The notes under the pieces were generated by a model. The model made no database searches, was not told the origin of the DNA, and was given only the letters and a program-made list of their open reading frames with translations. The translations under genes and the position numbers were made by a program. This document shows, piece by piece, positions 26,670-40,900 of a stretch of 64,000 nt of DNA; position 1 is the stretch's first letter, and every line of letters starts with the position of its first letter. This DNA is from Isurus oxyrinchus (Eukaryota): positions 4,216,001 through 4,280,000 of the forward strand of contig JANJGN010000034.1 in NCBI GenBank assembly GCA_026770705.1. The letters run 5' to 3'.

Positions 26670-27950
26670 CTTAAAATAGCTTCGATGTTACATATAAGAA
26701 GGCAACATACTATCGATTACCAACTGCCACCTACAATCAACTAGTAAATCATGTCTTGCACGTTGAGCACTACCTAGAAGTTACACAGCTGTTAGGAAGG
26801 GCACAGAGCATACCGAGTATTGTCGTTCTCAATGCACGTTATGAAGCTCAATTTGGACAAGTACTGGCCGACCAGTCTGAGCCCTGAAAGATAAATGTTC
26901 CAAATTGGGACTGCAGTATAGGGGAAGCGAGAAAATCCATCTTGATCTCGTGTTCATCAACCTACATTTGTGAGATGCAGTTATCCAATACATGAATGTC
27001 AGTGTGATCACAGTAAACTTATTAAGGAAATGAAAACACGCATGTGTAATTTGCTGAAGTAAATTAAAGTTATGTTAAATCAAATAGATTTCTTTCATTT
27101 CTGTCGAGGAACGACCTGGCATTCACGAGACATTGTAGGCTGTCAGCAGCTGGATTTTAATCAAAGCCATTCCGTAACCACGTAGATCTGCATATACCTC
27201 ATGTTTTTTTTTTCCCCATTACCTTCAAACCATAGGACAAATATCTTGGATTGCAGCATAGCACATCATGAAACTTATCCACCTATCTTAAATGAGTGTC
27301 AAACAGGTGAATTTCTATCACAGGCTACACCAACCCTAACCAGCATAAGCGGCATGTGCATGTGAAGGGCAAGAGTCAGCGATCACACAGTCAACGGATA
27401 AGAGCAACGTGCTGCAGTCCTTCCAAATCGAGAGGTGAATTGCACACGATAATAAACAACTAAATGAAGGAAGAATCAGGCAAAAAAAAGAAAAATCCTT
27501 CTATGATGGCGTTATGCAGGATGATAATGTAAAATAATAGACCGAATCATTTGCAAACTGATGCACACAGATGTGACGAGTGGATGATACAATGCAACTT
27601 CTGAATGAGCACATACAAATGATGCATTGCTGTCGAGAGGCTTTCTGATTCAATTCACTTGATATTAATGAGCGACAGGAGAAACTCGACACATCACATG
27701 ACATTGTACTGGCAAAATTGTGGCTGCAATATTGAAGTCGTGTGTTCCTCAAATTCCCTGACATTAAGCCGATTATCTTAGTGCAGGTCTAAAGCAGGCA
27801 AATATCCAACAGAATGGAAGAAATGTATAACTTCTGCATGCCCAAAAATGCAGGAATATATCAATCTAACAACTTACGATCCCATCTGTCTTGTTTTCAT
27901 ACAACAGAAACATAATGGAATAAGTCATCGATCTTGTTTTGATTACTTAT
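26670..27950 (+). mobile_element. decayed second-family LINE, APE-to-RT region
   Basis: homologous to 6380-7460 (gcaaatatcc..atgcccaaaaatgcagg..acttacgatcccatctgtct). Confidence 0.6.
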
Positions 27951-28149
27951 TAATCAGATGCGGGCGACTCTGTCTTGAATTCATTGTAACATTCACAGCC
28001 CTTGAAGTTTTCATTTGTTAATGTTATTGACATTGCTTTGTCCATTGGCATTTAGGATAAAAAACTTTGCCCATCGCTGATTTTGCTTGAGAATGTGTTG
28101 GTGAACCATCTTGATGAACTGCTGCCTTATATATTTTGGATAAACACTC

Positions 28150-28960
28150 AGCGTTGTTAAGAAGGGACTTCCTGTATTTTTACTCTGCGCTTGTGGAGGA
28201 AATCGAATATGGTTGCAAATCAATTTTGTGTCTGAATGGAGAGGAACTTGAAGGCAGTTGTGTCCCAATGCATCTATTGTCCTTATCTTCTAAGTTCAGC
28301 TCACGGGTCTGAAAAATGCTGCCAAAGGACCCTTTGTGGGTGTTTGCAGTGCATTTGCACATTGCTGTCACTTGTCTGCGAAGGGAGATTAAATAGTCAA
28401 GGCACGTGAAGTAACACAATTGGAGCAGGCTGCTCTATCCTGGATGGTAGAACGCTTTTTCAGTGTTGTTTGAGATGCAAACTTCCAAGCAAATGTATAC
28501 CATTCTACAAGACTTTGACTTGAGTATTGTAGATTTTGGACAGACTTTGGGGATTCAGAAAGTAAATTGCTTCTCAGAGAATTTCGAGTCTCTATGTGTC
28601 TCTATGTCTCGAGTGTTTGTTTGGTAGATCCACAGCATTTTTACCGTCAATGGTCAGGACCCCACATCACCCTCATCACCACCAGACAACCCCCTCCCCT
28701 ACGTACCCGGCCCACAAACCCCAACCAGCTAGACGTCGTTAACTCTGGATTCAATAATTTTAATGTTGTTATATGTCAAGAGGAGATGTGAATATTTTGC
28801 CTGATTGCAAATGCCATTTGTGAGGTGTGAATGCTAATTGCCACTTAGCAGCCCAAACCTGAATATAGGTCAGGATTTTACGCATATGGATTCCTTCAGA
28901 TTCTGTGGAGACTCAAAAGGTGCTGATCACAATGGGATACTCAGCGAACATCCCCACAAA
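28150..28960 (-). mobile_element. decayed second-family LINE, 3' half
   Basis: reverse complement of 7700-8300-type sequence. Confidence 0.6.
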
Positions 28961-29229
28961 AACTAAAACAAAATGGATGCATTCTCCAACAATCTGCTCC
29001 AGATTATGAAGTTTGGAATTCTTTTAGGCAGTCAGCACGGCCCTCATTGCAAGCTTTTATAATGAAGGACCATACAGCTGAATTCAGCAGGTGAAGTTCG
29101 AGAGAATCCACTTCATATCAGTGTGTAAATTAACCTAGTATGGAACCCGGCTGCCTAGTAAAATTTTATTGAATGAGATTCAAATGGACGGCTACACACT
29201 GATTTAATTCATGTCTAGCAAATAAAGGA

Positions 29230-30200
29230 CGATGAACATGGTTGTCCTAAGCTGATTCACATCCTTGAGCATCTCTACAGCTTTCCCTTAGGGTAGTGTC
29301 CTGGCGCAAAAAAAAAAAACAGGTGCTTCATCAATAAACTTCTTTCCAACACAAATCAGGCGCATGGAACTCCGCTGATCATTGCATAATATTCAATACC
29401 ACCAGCCAGAACTCAGATGTGGAAGAAATGCCTGTCCGTATTCAATTTAGGATTCATCTGATAAGCTGAAAGTAGCATATGTGCACACTAGGGGAAGAGA
29501 GCGTCTAATCATAAATATTTGCCGGTCCAAAATCATGACGGCATTGAATTGACCAAAATCAGGATGCAAAGACTCGTCATTTACATCAAAGGTTACTGGT
29601 TGGCCTTTTGCACAATATTGTTGTAAGAGCACATGCAGTGAGCTGTGTTCCATGCAGTGAATAAGGAAGGGCCTGGTTTGCTTAAGTAAAAAATGAACAG
29701 GCCAGAAGTGATATGGAATATAGCATCTTCTCGGGATGTTTGCAGTGCCAGAAAACGCACACAATGTTCGACATCAGGAAAAAATAAACCGCTTGATTGT
29801 AACCCAATGCACTGACAAGAACTTTCACGCCCATCGTTCTGAAGAACAGTTTCAGTCGATGCACCATCTACAAGCAGTAGTGGGGCAAATCACTTGACCT
29901 CGTTCTGCACTCATTCCAAAAATGCACATTCCAACAGCCAGATGGGCAAAGGCAGCAACGGCAGTGAATAGCTCTTCGTGCAAGTTCAACTTCACAGCAC
30001 ACACAGTTCTGCTTTGGAACCATTTCACTTCTTCTCCTCTACAAGCGGTCAAAATTATTGGGAATCCCTAAGCACACGTTGGCATTATGCACACCAGGTT
30101 GATTGCCAGTGAAGGAATCATGCCGAGCACTACCTTCTCATTGGCAGTTGAGGCAAAAAAATAAGTGCCACCCTTGCAAGCATTGTTCTCAAACCGAAGA
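29230..30200 (+). mobile_element. decayed second-family LINE, RT 3' half
   Basis: cccttagggtagtgtcctggc (P.GSVL), ccgctgatcattgc (ADD-like), 3' UTR motifs. Confidence 0.6.
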
Positions 30201-30989
30201 ACTAAATGCAAAATCAAAGTTGCAAATCAATTTCTTCTTATATCAAAACATTGTTGGCTCTGTCTCTGGTCATAAGAGTTGTATATTGAACTCTCAGTTC
30301 TTCTGGACCTATGCTCCCCAGGGATTAGATTGGACCAGGGCTGATAGGCACTTTATCTTCATCTATCTATCGTATTTTAGCAACTTATGTCATGCATAAC
30401 CACGTTAGAGTATTTCTAAGCATTTTATATGGCAGGTTTACCGTTCCACCGCTTTTTTATGAATATGTATTTCCTCTCCCAATGTTGTGAAGACCTGCTT
30501 CTTTTCTGTATTGTTTAAAATCTGAATGATCATTATTACCAGCACCAAACCCCCAACTCACCCCCCGCCGCGCCCCCCCCCCCCCCCCCCACCCCACGAC
30601 CGCAATACCCACCACTTCAATTCATGGAACTCCCCTGTTGATCCACACAATTCAAGGTTTTTTATGGCTGAACGACAATAATGTTATCTATTCTAACTGT
30701 TCTCTCAAGCAGGGGAAAAGGACCTTCAGAATTCACTAGGTAAAATGAAACTCTAAAATCATAACACGTTTCTCCTACATTAACAAACTGTTTTTAAACG
30801 TTCACTTTGAACTTTTATCCAAAACTATATTTTGGTTTGTTGCAATGCGCATATCATGCAATTTTCATGCAGTTGCAAATATAAAACTGAATAACCCATC
30901 TGCTATGATCTGTAGTAATTATAAGAATAGACTGGCCCAATGCTTGTTATGAAGCATAAATGGTCAAGCTATTTATTTACCGACCCATT

Positions 30990-31215
30990 TCCCATAATAC
31001 TATACAAAAACAGAATTACCTGGAAAAACTCAGCAGGTCTGGCAGCATCGGCGGAGAAGAAAAGAGTTGACGTTTCGAGTCTTCATGACCCTTCGTCAAC
31101 TCTTTTCTTCTCCGCCGATGCTGCCAGACCTGCTGAGTTTTTCCAGGTAATTCTGTTTTTGTTTTGGATTTCCAGCATCCGCAGTTCTCTTTGTTTTTAT
31201 CCCATAATACTATAC
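30990..31215. mobile_element. young palindromic Penelope-derived insertion with 16-bp TSD
   Basis: direct repeats tcccataatactatac at 30990-31005 and 31200-31215; perfect inverted arms 31004-31072 and 31094-31162 around a 21-nt loop. Confidence 0.9.
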
Positions 31216-32149
31216 CTGATTATCAAATACCACAAATTGCGTTTGCCCTGAAATTTGCTGGTAGTCAGAAATCATGACAGGTCAGCAGTGCTAAACAAGC
31301 CAATGGGCCCAAATAACAGTGAAAACGCCTTAATAAGCTTGCATCACAGGCCAATAGGTGATTCATAATCCTAGGTGATTATTTTCCTTTGTAGGTCAGA
31401 CCAGTGAGTGCAATGTGGATGTAAAATCTAACGATGGCACCATGGCGGTGGTTATGATTCACAATGGTGAATGAACGGACATGTGTTGCTTATTGGATGT
31501 TCCAATGAAAGAGCGGGGAAAAAATCCTTCTAGTGGAGTAGGAGTAATGTACTTTGGCGGTTATGTCACTGCCATGTGTTAAGAATAATGGGACCTGCTG
31601 CCGCTGTAATCAAATCAGAATGGGAGTGGCGACCCACAATGTGTGGTGCTTGAATGAGCCAGCGAAAATGTAGAAACCAGGACTATGTTTATTTTTTACC
31701 TGTGTGAGTTGAGATTGCCGAGTCATCATTAAGACACAGGCTGTCAAAGGTGGAAATATCTGTATTATTACCTGAACTTTGATTTTGTATGGACAAGAAG
31801 TACTGAACATTAAATATTATGTGCGAAGTGTTGTGTGCGATGACAATGTTTTGATTCTTGGGAACCTGAAACCAGCAAACAGACCAGAGTGGATTATCAG
31901 TTGTCAAATATTTCAAATAAATTGACCGGATCAAGTTACGTGGTGAAATGTCGAGCTAGGGCTGTATTTCAAGTTTTAAACTAATGGTTCTGATGGCCAT
32001 CAGGTTTATGGTCAAGCAAAATTGAGAAAACTAAAGGAAAAGTCCTATGCAATAGAAGAGTGCAACAATTTGTGTAAAGAAGAAAAAACATAGAGAGCAA
32101 TTGGCAGACGGTTCAGCACTTAATTGCGCCAGCAATTAAAGCCCATTTT

Positions 32150-33290
32150 CGGGCGAATAGCAGAATACATTTTTTTATGCACAACATGCACAATAGGAGA
32201 CTATTTTGGTAAAGAAGAAAAACATAAATAAACAAAAATGAGGGAAAAAATTCAGGACAGCTCCTTAAATCAATACAAAAAGAAAAACAACTTCCAACAG
32301 GAAGCTTGCAGATATAAATTAAAAACATGATTACGTGGGTGATAAGCCGCCATGGTGCCCGTGAGATTCCCAGTCCAGGTAAACATGGCCAAACTTCTAG
32401 ACGTGGAAGAGGGGCAACGGACCGGAAGAAAACACCATAGATCACCCGGTGCCTTAACCTGTTGGTGCATAGCTTGTTCAGGCCAAGGAGCGTGTCCATA
32501 AAGAGGTGTGCAGCAAGATCCCATGTAGGAAATCCCTCTGCAGCGTTCAAAGGTACACTGGATATTTCCACGAAGTTGCGCAAATTGTAGGTCTCCGGGT
32601 CCCCGGGGAGTATTCAGTGCAGAGGGACAATGTGAACTTACGTCTGAGCCGGGGTAAGTGAAGTCGGGAGTCCATTGCCTACCAGAACCTCTTCAAAGCC
32701 ACTAATGACATCGAGGCCAAGCACAGCCGCTTTAATATTATAGGTGGCATTGGTCTTGAGCGGGCATCCACCCATGTATGATGTATCAACTTATTGCATG
32801 TCATCCAGAATATTCCTCAGCCACCCAGCACTTCCAGAATCTGCTCGTGGTAGCCCTCACTTCCACTAGCTAAAATACTTGGTGGAGGTTCGGTCTCCTG
32901 AGCAGCAGCCCACTAACAATAGTCAGAGCTCCAGGAAGGGAAGACGTGTGGTATGTAACGATAATACTCCAGACTTTGAGAAGGTCCTGATAAATGACAG
33001 CTATGCTTGCAAGGCATCACGAAGGCCCCTCAGGTCTGCATACAGGATCGGCACGTCACAATTCAGGCTGTGCACGTTGCAGAAGAAATACATCGTCAGG
33101 ACACACCATCTGGGAGAGGGGTCTACAAAGTTATCGCTGCAAGGTCTGTAGGCGGGAGGTTGCCAACTTGCTGCGTAGACACACCAGCACCTGAGCATTC
33201 TCCCTAAGCGAGACATTGGGAACCTCAGTGGCGACCCAGTGCAGCCATTTTCCCCATAATAATTCGACATGCATTCCATGGATGTTTGTT
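32150..33290 (-). mobile_element. Tx1-clade (L1-Tx1) LINE, decayed 3' fragment
   Basis: minus-strand remnants LHWVA..LVCLRSK..RLQTLQR..SPRWCVLTMYFF, FYQDLLKVW, LLGLNKLCTNRLR resemble the Tx1 ORF2 C-terminus. Confidence 0.7.
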
Positions 33291-34350
33291 ACAAACAAAG
33301 GGGGAGGGAGTCAAAGTGAGTATGTTTTGGACACTATGGCAGCTATTATCTGTTAAGCAATAAGATAGCTAAACTTGTGAGAAGTTCAGATAAGTTGTTT
33401 TGTTGTAATCGTAATTCCATTCACATGGTTCCAAGGTGAACGTACCAAGATAAATATTCTTTGTGGGACTGCAAATCGAAAAGGAGAGGTAGAATGGAAA
33501 AAAAAAACAGATAGTGTGGCCCCTTCTTTACGGATAGAATAAGGACATTAGTGACTAAAAGAACATATGGCTCTGACGGTCATGAAGCAGTATCGGTTTT
33601 GCTGGATTTTTGTAATGGTACCAGTCAGAAAAAAAAAAAACGAGTGTGAGTCCTTTAAGCAGCACTAGAAAATGTGAATAACATTGGACGGAATATAAAA
33701 CAAAAATAATGTGATTGGAACACTATCAAAGGTTGTCTGGAAGACGAAGTCTTCTTAAAAATATTTTGCAATTGCTTTGTTGTAAATGCATTATGGATCC
33801 AATGGCGGAAAGGGAGAAATGATAGCTAGCATTGTGCAATGAGGCAGTGGAAGTTAATAACCTCAGATTAACAGATCCAATGAGAAATAATGATGATCAT
33901 TGAAGTGACTTTGAAATTGAGTTTCGAATCCCTTCAGTCTAATCAGAAATAAAAGCCCTCTTAATATTCAGTAAATTCAGATACATAGTAATGAGGTAAT
34001 AGAAGGTTAAGCTCAATAAATTAAAAGTAGCAAAAAGTATAATGGTAACTTAATGTTGCGATGAAATTTAACACAAAATTAAAATGCTCAGAAAATTTAA
34101 AGAAAAGCATTTGATTGTCAAAGAAACTAATACTGAGCCATTAACTTCCATTCACGATGTACGAAGTTAATAAATATATTAACATGAAATAGTGTAGCAA
34201 AAATAGCATTAAGCTTGAATATGGGAAGTATTTTTAAAACTGGCAATGAACCAGCAAACTGTTGATTCATCTTTTGTGTTAACCAGGAATATAAAAGCGA
34301 CTGAAAAAATGTTACAAACTGGTTAAAAATGTTCACAGTGGCTAAATTAA
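33290..34350 (+). mobile_element. old CR1 endonuclease-region remnant
   Basis: faint APE motifs (RKGEVE..SVALL, atgatcattg DH motif). Confidence 0.45.
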
Positions 34351-34849
34351 TCCTTTGCTAATTTTCGTGTTTCGCGAAATGCAGGTGTTGTTGGCTGGGT
34401 CAGTATGTGCTGCCCACATCAAATTGCTCTTTAACATGTCGTGATGCATCATTTTCTTAAATCTTAGACATTGACAAAATTGTGATTAAGATAAAATTTA
34501 ACACAGCGTGGCACCAAGATGAAGGTTAACTATTTAAGACAAAGGGAACAAAGAATCCTTCCCATTGGTTACCCACGTAACAGAAAATTGCTTGTTGCCT
34601 TTGAATGACAAGCAACTCAGACCCAGGTCAGTGGTGCAGGAGTTCTAGTGGGGAAAAAAACTCAACAGTGTGTCAATTGATCTACCTCCATCAGAAGATT
34701 ACTTTGCTAAAGATTTCAAAGTTTTCAGTACAATTCGTAACTCTTCGAGCATTGAAAGAATCACATTGTGTATTGCCTGTGGAATATTCATTGTTGGACT
34801 GCTAAGTCTACAAAACATTCCGTTTCCAATAAGAGGCAGGTAAGGTCAA

Positions 34850-35500
34850 TTTCAAGGATCGCCAAAGTGCTCCCCATCAAATTCAAGCGCGTTATTATTT
34901 CTGATTCCTCCATCATTGCCATCCTGGGCGTCACCATCAATCATAAAAGTCAATGGCACAGCCAAATTAAAATGTTTGCTGCAAAAGCAATGCCTAGGCT
35001 GCGAATACCCCGGCGAGTAACTTATCTCCAGAATCCCTAAACCCTGAGCATTATCAATATTTGTAAATCCGGATTTGGAGGGAAAATCCCAGATAGCCGA
35101 ATGAGTACATAATTAGCAAGACTCAAAAAGCTGGGGGTAATCCATAAAAAAATTATAACACCTGATTGCCACACATTCCACAATCTTAACATTCACTCCT
35201 TCAAGAGCCCACAAAGACTATGTGGCAGCATGTAATATCCAAGTTTAATTGGATAAACTCGCCAATGCTCTTTTGATTTAACCTTTCAGATTTTGGATCT
35301 TTGCCGTTTTGCCGATCAAAAACAATTGGCTCATTGTGGAGCAACACAACCTACAATTCTAATACAGACTATCCAGCATTAATATTTAGAATTATATCCT
35401 GATTCCTTCATTGAATCTATTCAAACTGCTGAACTCCTTCACTAACAGGAGAAACAGTCTGCCCACACAGCGTTGATTGCAATAGTTTAAGTGAACAGAT
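34850..35500 (+). mobile_element. decayed second-family LINE 3' fragment
   Basis: SSIIAILGVTINHKSQWHSQIKMFAAKAMPRLRIPRRV. Confidence 0.7.
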
Positions 35501-36829
35501 TTACCTTACATTTTCTTAGCTGATAAACAATACAAATTAAAAATGCCCTTGCACATAATGTCCACGTGAGAAGTCATTTTTTTTTTAAATGGGGATGTCC
35601 AGAGCATAGACAATATCGCAGAAAGAGGTAGGTGTGTGGCTAATGAAGAACTGTAACCCACCTCAGAAGCATTAAACATAATGAGGTTGCATAACCTCGA
35701 TAAATTACACCACATCTGTGGTCAACGGTTATGGTTGCAAGTTGCGACTTGGGGAGCAGAGTTTTGAATAACATTAACTTAAGTGTGTGGGCGATGGAAG
35801 GGAAGACATGACTGCATTGGAACACTTCAGATTTCGAGGTAATAAATACAAATAGGAGAAATTGGCCAATAGCCTAAGGTCAGTAAAGATGTATGTGAGG
35901 CTATTGAAAAAAAAAAATAATGGATATCCTACAACTTATGTTTTGAGATATGTTATTGAAAGAGACAATTTCATGGCCAATTCAGGATGGAATCTTAGGT
36001 TACATTTTGTCCAATGATTTCTTAAACGGAAGAGATGCAAAAGATGCAGCTGGACATGTTAGCACCATTTTGCTAATTTAACTGTCAGGAGTGCAAGGCT
36101 TCTGTATTTAATAATATCCTGTTTCATCTTATGAATGCTACATTATACTTTGCTTCTTAAGAAATGTAATGTTTATTTATATTTTGAAGATAAATGTGAA
36201 TCACTTCTTCGAGACGTCAGTAAGTGTCGTGCAGTAAATTTGTGTTGGCCATTCTTCCATTTAACATTTTCGAAAGGTGCTTGTTTGGATGCGATGGCTT
36301 GATTATTGTTTTTGCTTGGCTAGTGTTCTGCTGAAATTGTAACGCTTCTCCTTGTTTATTTAATCAGGTAGAGATTCCTGAATGACCATAATTGAGTGCA
36401 GATATTCTCAAAATTCAAATATGCAAGCTTATACCTTTTTGAAAAAGTGAGTGGATGGAATGGCTTCATTTTTGATGCCTGAACCCTCTCGGAATATATG
36501 CTATGCACCTTTCCTAAAAAAAAATCTACACGTCTCACGTTTGATATACTTCACTAGGTCTGGCCTTAGTGGAATTACAGATTTCGAGATTCCAGTTATG
36601 TTATTCCTTAAGATGTGCTTGCTGCGTCTTCCACTGCAAGTGCCAGCAGTATTATTGTGCTGGCACAGTCGACGTTTGAGAATATCCACGCTCCGTTAAA
36701 ACCATTCAGGAATCCATAGCTCACAAAATATTTTAGTAGAATCGTTATAATTTCAGCAGCACACAAGTCAAGTGATTACAACAACCAAGCCTTTCAATCG
36801 AAATAGTCAGTTTTGGAATAAATGAGCAA

Positions 36830-38120
36830 TATGACTAGAATCAACGCAACAATGTGAAACATTGCAGGTTTTTTTTCCCAGGTAAATCATGACAAACCCA
36901 ACCCGGCCAATTACAAACACATCACATTACCCTATGCCAACAGCAAATTGATGATTCCTGTTAGCGACCGTGCTATCAGAAGGCACATCCACAAACCTGA
37001 CTTCTTACCTAATGTTCAGCGTTTGTTCCCGCAGGCTGTTTCTGTTCCTGCACTCGTTACAGCTTTGTTCCAAACGCGATCAAAATAGCTAATATCATGA
37101 CGTGAGAATATGTTGACTACAGTTAAAATTAACACAGCATTTGAAGAATGTGGCATCAAGGACCTACACAAGTTGAATTCAGTGAGAATCAGGAAGCGAG
37201 TGTCCACCCGTTTCCCTCATAGCTAGCAAAATGAAATTGTTCGTGCTTGAGGTGGGCCAAACATTTCAGCCCAAGGATATTGCTCCAGGACTCCAGTAGG
37301 GTATTTACCTTGATGTAAACCTCTTCAGCAAAATCATAAATGAAAATCCCTCTATTGCATTGTCAGATGTCAGAGTAATTGCTGATTATTGGACAATGTT
37401 ATGCACGGAGTACGACTGCACATGTACTGAATACATTATCTACGCAGCAAAAGCTGGACAATGTTCCAACTAGCGGCAGGTGAAAATTGCACTGCACTAA
37501 CTCTAAGAAATAACCATCGTTCAACACAAGAGAATCAGACCACTTCCCTTTGACATTCATTCACTGAACCCCTCACTACAAATATTCTGGAGTTGCCATT
37601 GATCTGTAAAGGGAATGCACAGCTCTTACAAGATTTGTAGCCCCAAAAGCAGTCGAAAGCATAGGAATTCTGAGGCGATTCACTCACTCCCCGTGTGCCC
37701 AAACTCCGTTCACGATCTTCACCGCAAGAATCTTTTAACCACACCCCTAAAAGCCAGCAATATGTACCATATACAACATGCCTTGCAACACAACGTTTAT
37801 CCGCCTTTGGTAGCAGCCTCCAAGCCGTTCAATATTTAGAAACGAGCTTCTGCCAGTTGGAAAGGCAAGGAAAACGGGCAGACAGGAATATCAAAGCAGC
37901 ATTATCCCGTCCGAGCTGTACATAATCATGACTTGGAAACATATCCCCGTAACGACACTTTTGCAAGATCACAAATCTAAGAAATCCCAAGAAACAACCG
38001 TGTTATTCTACCGAAAAATTATCTCCTGAGTCGGTTGAAGTAGCCAGCTCACCTAGAACCTCTGATGAGGTATTAGTAATTGGCAACGAAGGATGGTCTT
38101 TTTAGAAACGCCCATATCAC
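36830..38120 (+). mobile_element. decayed second-family LINE, RT + 3' end
   Basis: KPNPANY, VTALFQT, AFEECGIK(D), 3' UTR motifs shared with 8100-8450. Confidence 0.7.
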
Positions 38121-40900
38121 ATGAAGTAACAAGACAAATATGAAAATCGCTGAAAATAATTTGCAGATCTTCCAGAATCATCGAATAGAGCAGCATAGTA
38201 AACTTTCACTGCGTTGCCTTTCAATGGGCACTGAATACGGTTATTCCCCAGCTTGCATATTACATCCAATGAGCCTGATCCAACGATGAGCTTGACACTG
38301 TGTATCTGCATACCCAAAATTATATAAAAAAGATTTTTGTTTCATGTCAATTATGGGTGACGAATACCATAAAAGAAAAGGAAAATACATTTGGACCAGA
38401 CAACTGCGAGCCAGATGAATAGTAATGAACGACTGATGTAATGGCAACACTTTCGGTTTCCTGTGCATGTGCATTCTTTTAACTGGTTTCTTTGGTGCAT
38501 GGACAAGTTAATACGAGTGCAAATTCACCTTCCCCAGCATGCTCAGTTTCCGTTAGGCGCTCTGCCATTAGGAGGACTTAATGCAATTGCAACGACTCCA
38601 AAGGGATGTCCAATTGAATAGAGTGCACTGTCAAAGCGATGGAACATTTTACTTTACAGATTATCAGAATTAATCTACGGCCTCTGGACCTGAGGGTTCC
38701 ATAAGCAGAAATTTGCTGTACGTCCGAATATAATTTCTGCATGGAGTTTTTTTTTCTAAATACAATCCCCTTAATAAATCACCAATTAATCGCCATTGTT
38801 TGATATGTTACATGCCCATATACGTTTCCTGTGTTTTAATGGCCAATTCAGGTCCACTAGTAAAATGACAGCCTACAGATCTTTGGAAAAAAAAAACATT
38901 TGCCTCTGCATCAAAGTAAATTCCATCATCACAGCGCAAACTGCAGTGAAGTAATATTGTTGCTTCATTTTATCGGTAGTCGCCATCTCCCAGGTTCTCA
39001 GGCGTACTCAGGTAGAAGCTGTAAAGTCCATGAGAGAATATATTTAGGGCTAGATGAGGATACTTTTTTTTCCACAATGAATAAAAAGCAGTCTTTCTGC
39101 TGAAGATGATGTTGAAGTCAATGTGATCCTTGTGCAAGCAATTATGCTGCTAGCCTCCCTTCATTGCAATATTAGGTAACCAGCACATGGCAAATGTACA
39201 TACTTGCTGTGGTCTCTTGAATTTGCGACAAAAAGCATATTTTTCTTAATTTTAATCAATACTATGTCCTTTGAATTTCCAACCAGTTGCGGAAAACTTG
39301 AGGCACAAACAAGGTGATGAAATTTGTTTATATTAGATAATATTACAGACAGATTGTAATATGTGGGTTTCCCTGCATAATTTCCAGCTACTTCGAAAGT
39401 ATTTGAACTTGGTTCAGTACTAAAGAATGATAACAACATGCAAGATGATTGACGTGCTTCTTATATACTCTGGTACTGTGGCGGTCGACTGAGATGTACT
39501 TTTGCTCCCCTTTTTACTTACTTTGAAACAATGAATCACACAGGCTGGGCCTGACTCCTTCACTAACTCTGGACGTCAAAATATAGCTTAAGGAAACGCA
39601 TGGCAACCGAAGTACCTCATCAACCTCCCTTGTATACATTACTACCCGCCTTTCTCAAAATTCACCTTAAGCTGCAATGAGGAGTTTGGGCATAATGGTG
39701 AGGGCTTGCACTGGAGGAAGGCGTACTGGGAGGTTTTGGTAGGACGGGGTATTACTCTTGTGTTGCTGTTCCTAACAAGCCCTATCTTTTGCACTTATCT
39801 GTTCAAAGCATGTTTATGTAAGTAAATGTTTTTTGACGAATTGCACACGCAATTGCATCGTGAACGTTTTAAATTCCTCCATGGGATGTTTAAACAAGGG
39901 CATGCAGCCTTGGTTGGATTGGAGAGTTTATCCCTTGCTGCAAATACACAGTGAAAATCGGGAGGCGTTTGCGGGGTTGGCGGCTGCATTTCGCCATATT
40001 ACATGTCAAGGATGAAAAACACGTGACTCAATTCGGCCTCAATCACAGCGCTTCCTGAATTTGACATCCTACTTATTTGACCTAGCAGCAGCAATTACAG
40101 GTTTGTCATTCAGGCGTTTACCTGCTTACGTTCCAGTTCAGAGCTTCTGGCACACCATCTTGAATGACACAACCTCTGACTTACTGCCATTGGCATTATC
40201 TTTCTGATGAGGCAATAAGCCTATGGTACTGGCTGCCCTTCCATTTGAACAGAAAGCCTCCAATCTACAGTGCTTCAAAGGAGGGCAAGGGACATTCCTC
40301 TTGCATCTCTTCTGACCATTGTTTGTCGTTCAAGACTATCTCTAAAACAAGAGCATTTACCCCTTCCTGACTGTCACAGTTCGCTAAGTACATTTTGCCT
40401 TCCGTCTGCTGTATCGCACAAACAGTTAGCTTACAAAAAATATTACGTAACTTTAAAGCGTTTTGAGGCTTTGGAAGTCACGAAAATCACTCAACCACTG
40501 CATGCCGTTTACTGACATTAGGCATTAGGGGACATTTAGTGCCATGAGAAATATAAAACGGTCCCAGATGAGGAAATCACGTAGCATCCTTATGCTTTAC
40601 AGCACACGATTGCGGTAAAGCTCAGCAGGTGCTCTGGATCTGGAGCGAATTTCGTCAATTTGACTGAGGTTGTATGGTAGAATATCATAGTCCACAATTC
40701 TATTGCCCCGAAAGATGGAAAAAGGTGACGAAATCGAATGTCTCTTTTAATAAGTGTTTAATGTTCTGATATAACTGATACAAATAAAAATTCTCAACAA
40801 TTCTGATACATAGGGCGTTTTATATTGGGCTTCAAAGGCTGAAGCCATATTTTACTTTTGGGTTTGAATTTACTTGATTGCTTTGTATATCTGTTTTCAG

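Noticed and set aside
30940-31251. 103-aa ORF sharing KNSAGLAASAEKKRVDVSS with ORF 23803-24177
   Set aside because: The shared peptide is a chance translation of the same Penelope-type repeat.
36640-36666. 9-bp inverted repeat gtgccagca/tgctggcac
   Set aside because: Short enough to arise by chance in 64 kb; no supporting context.
38994-39011. 18-nt phase-1 candidate exon (GSQAYS)
   Set aside because: Weak donor (gtagaa), AG within the upstream tract, and it would break the heptad register.
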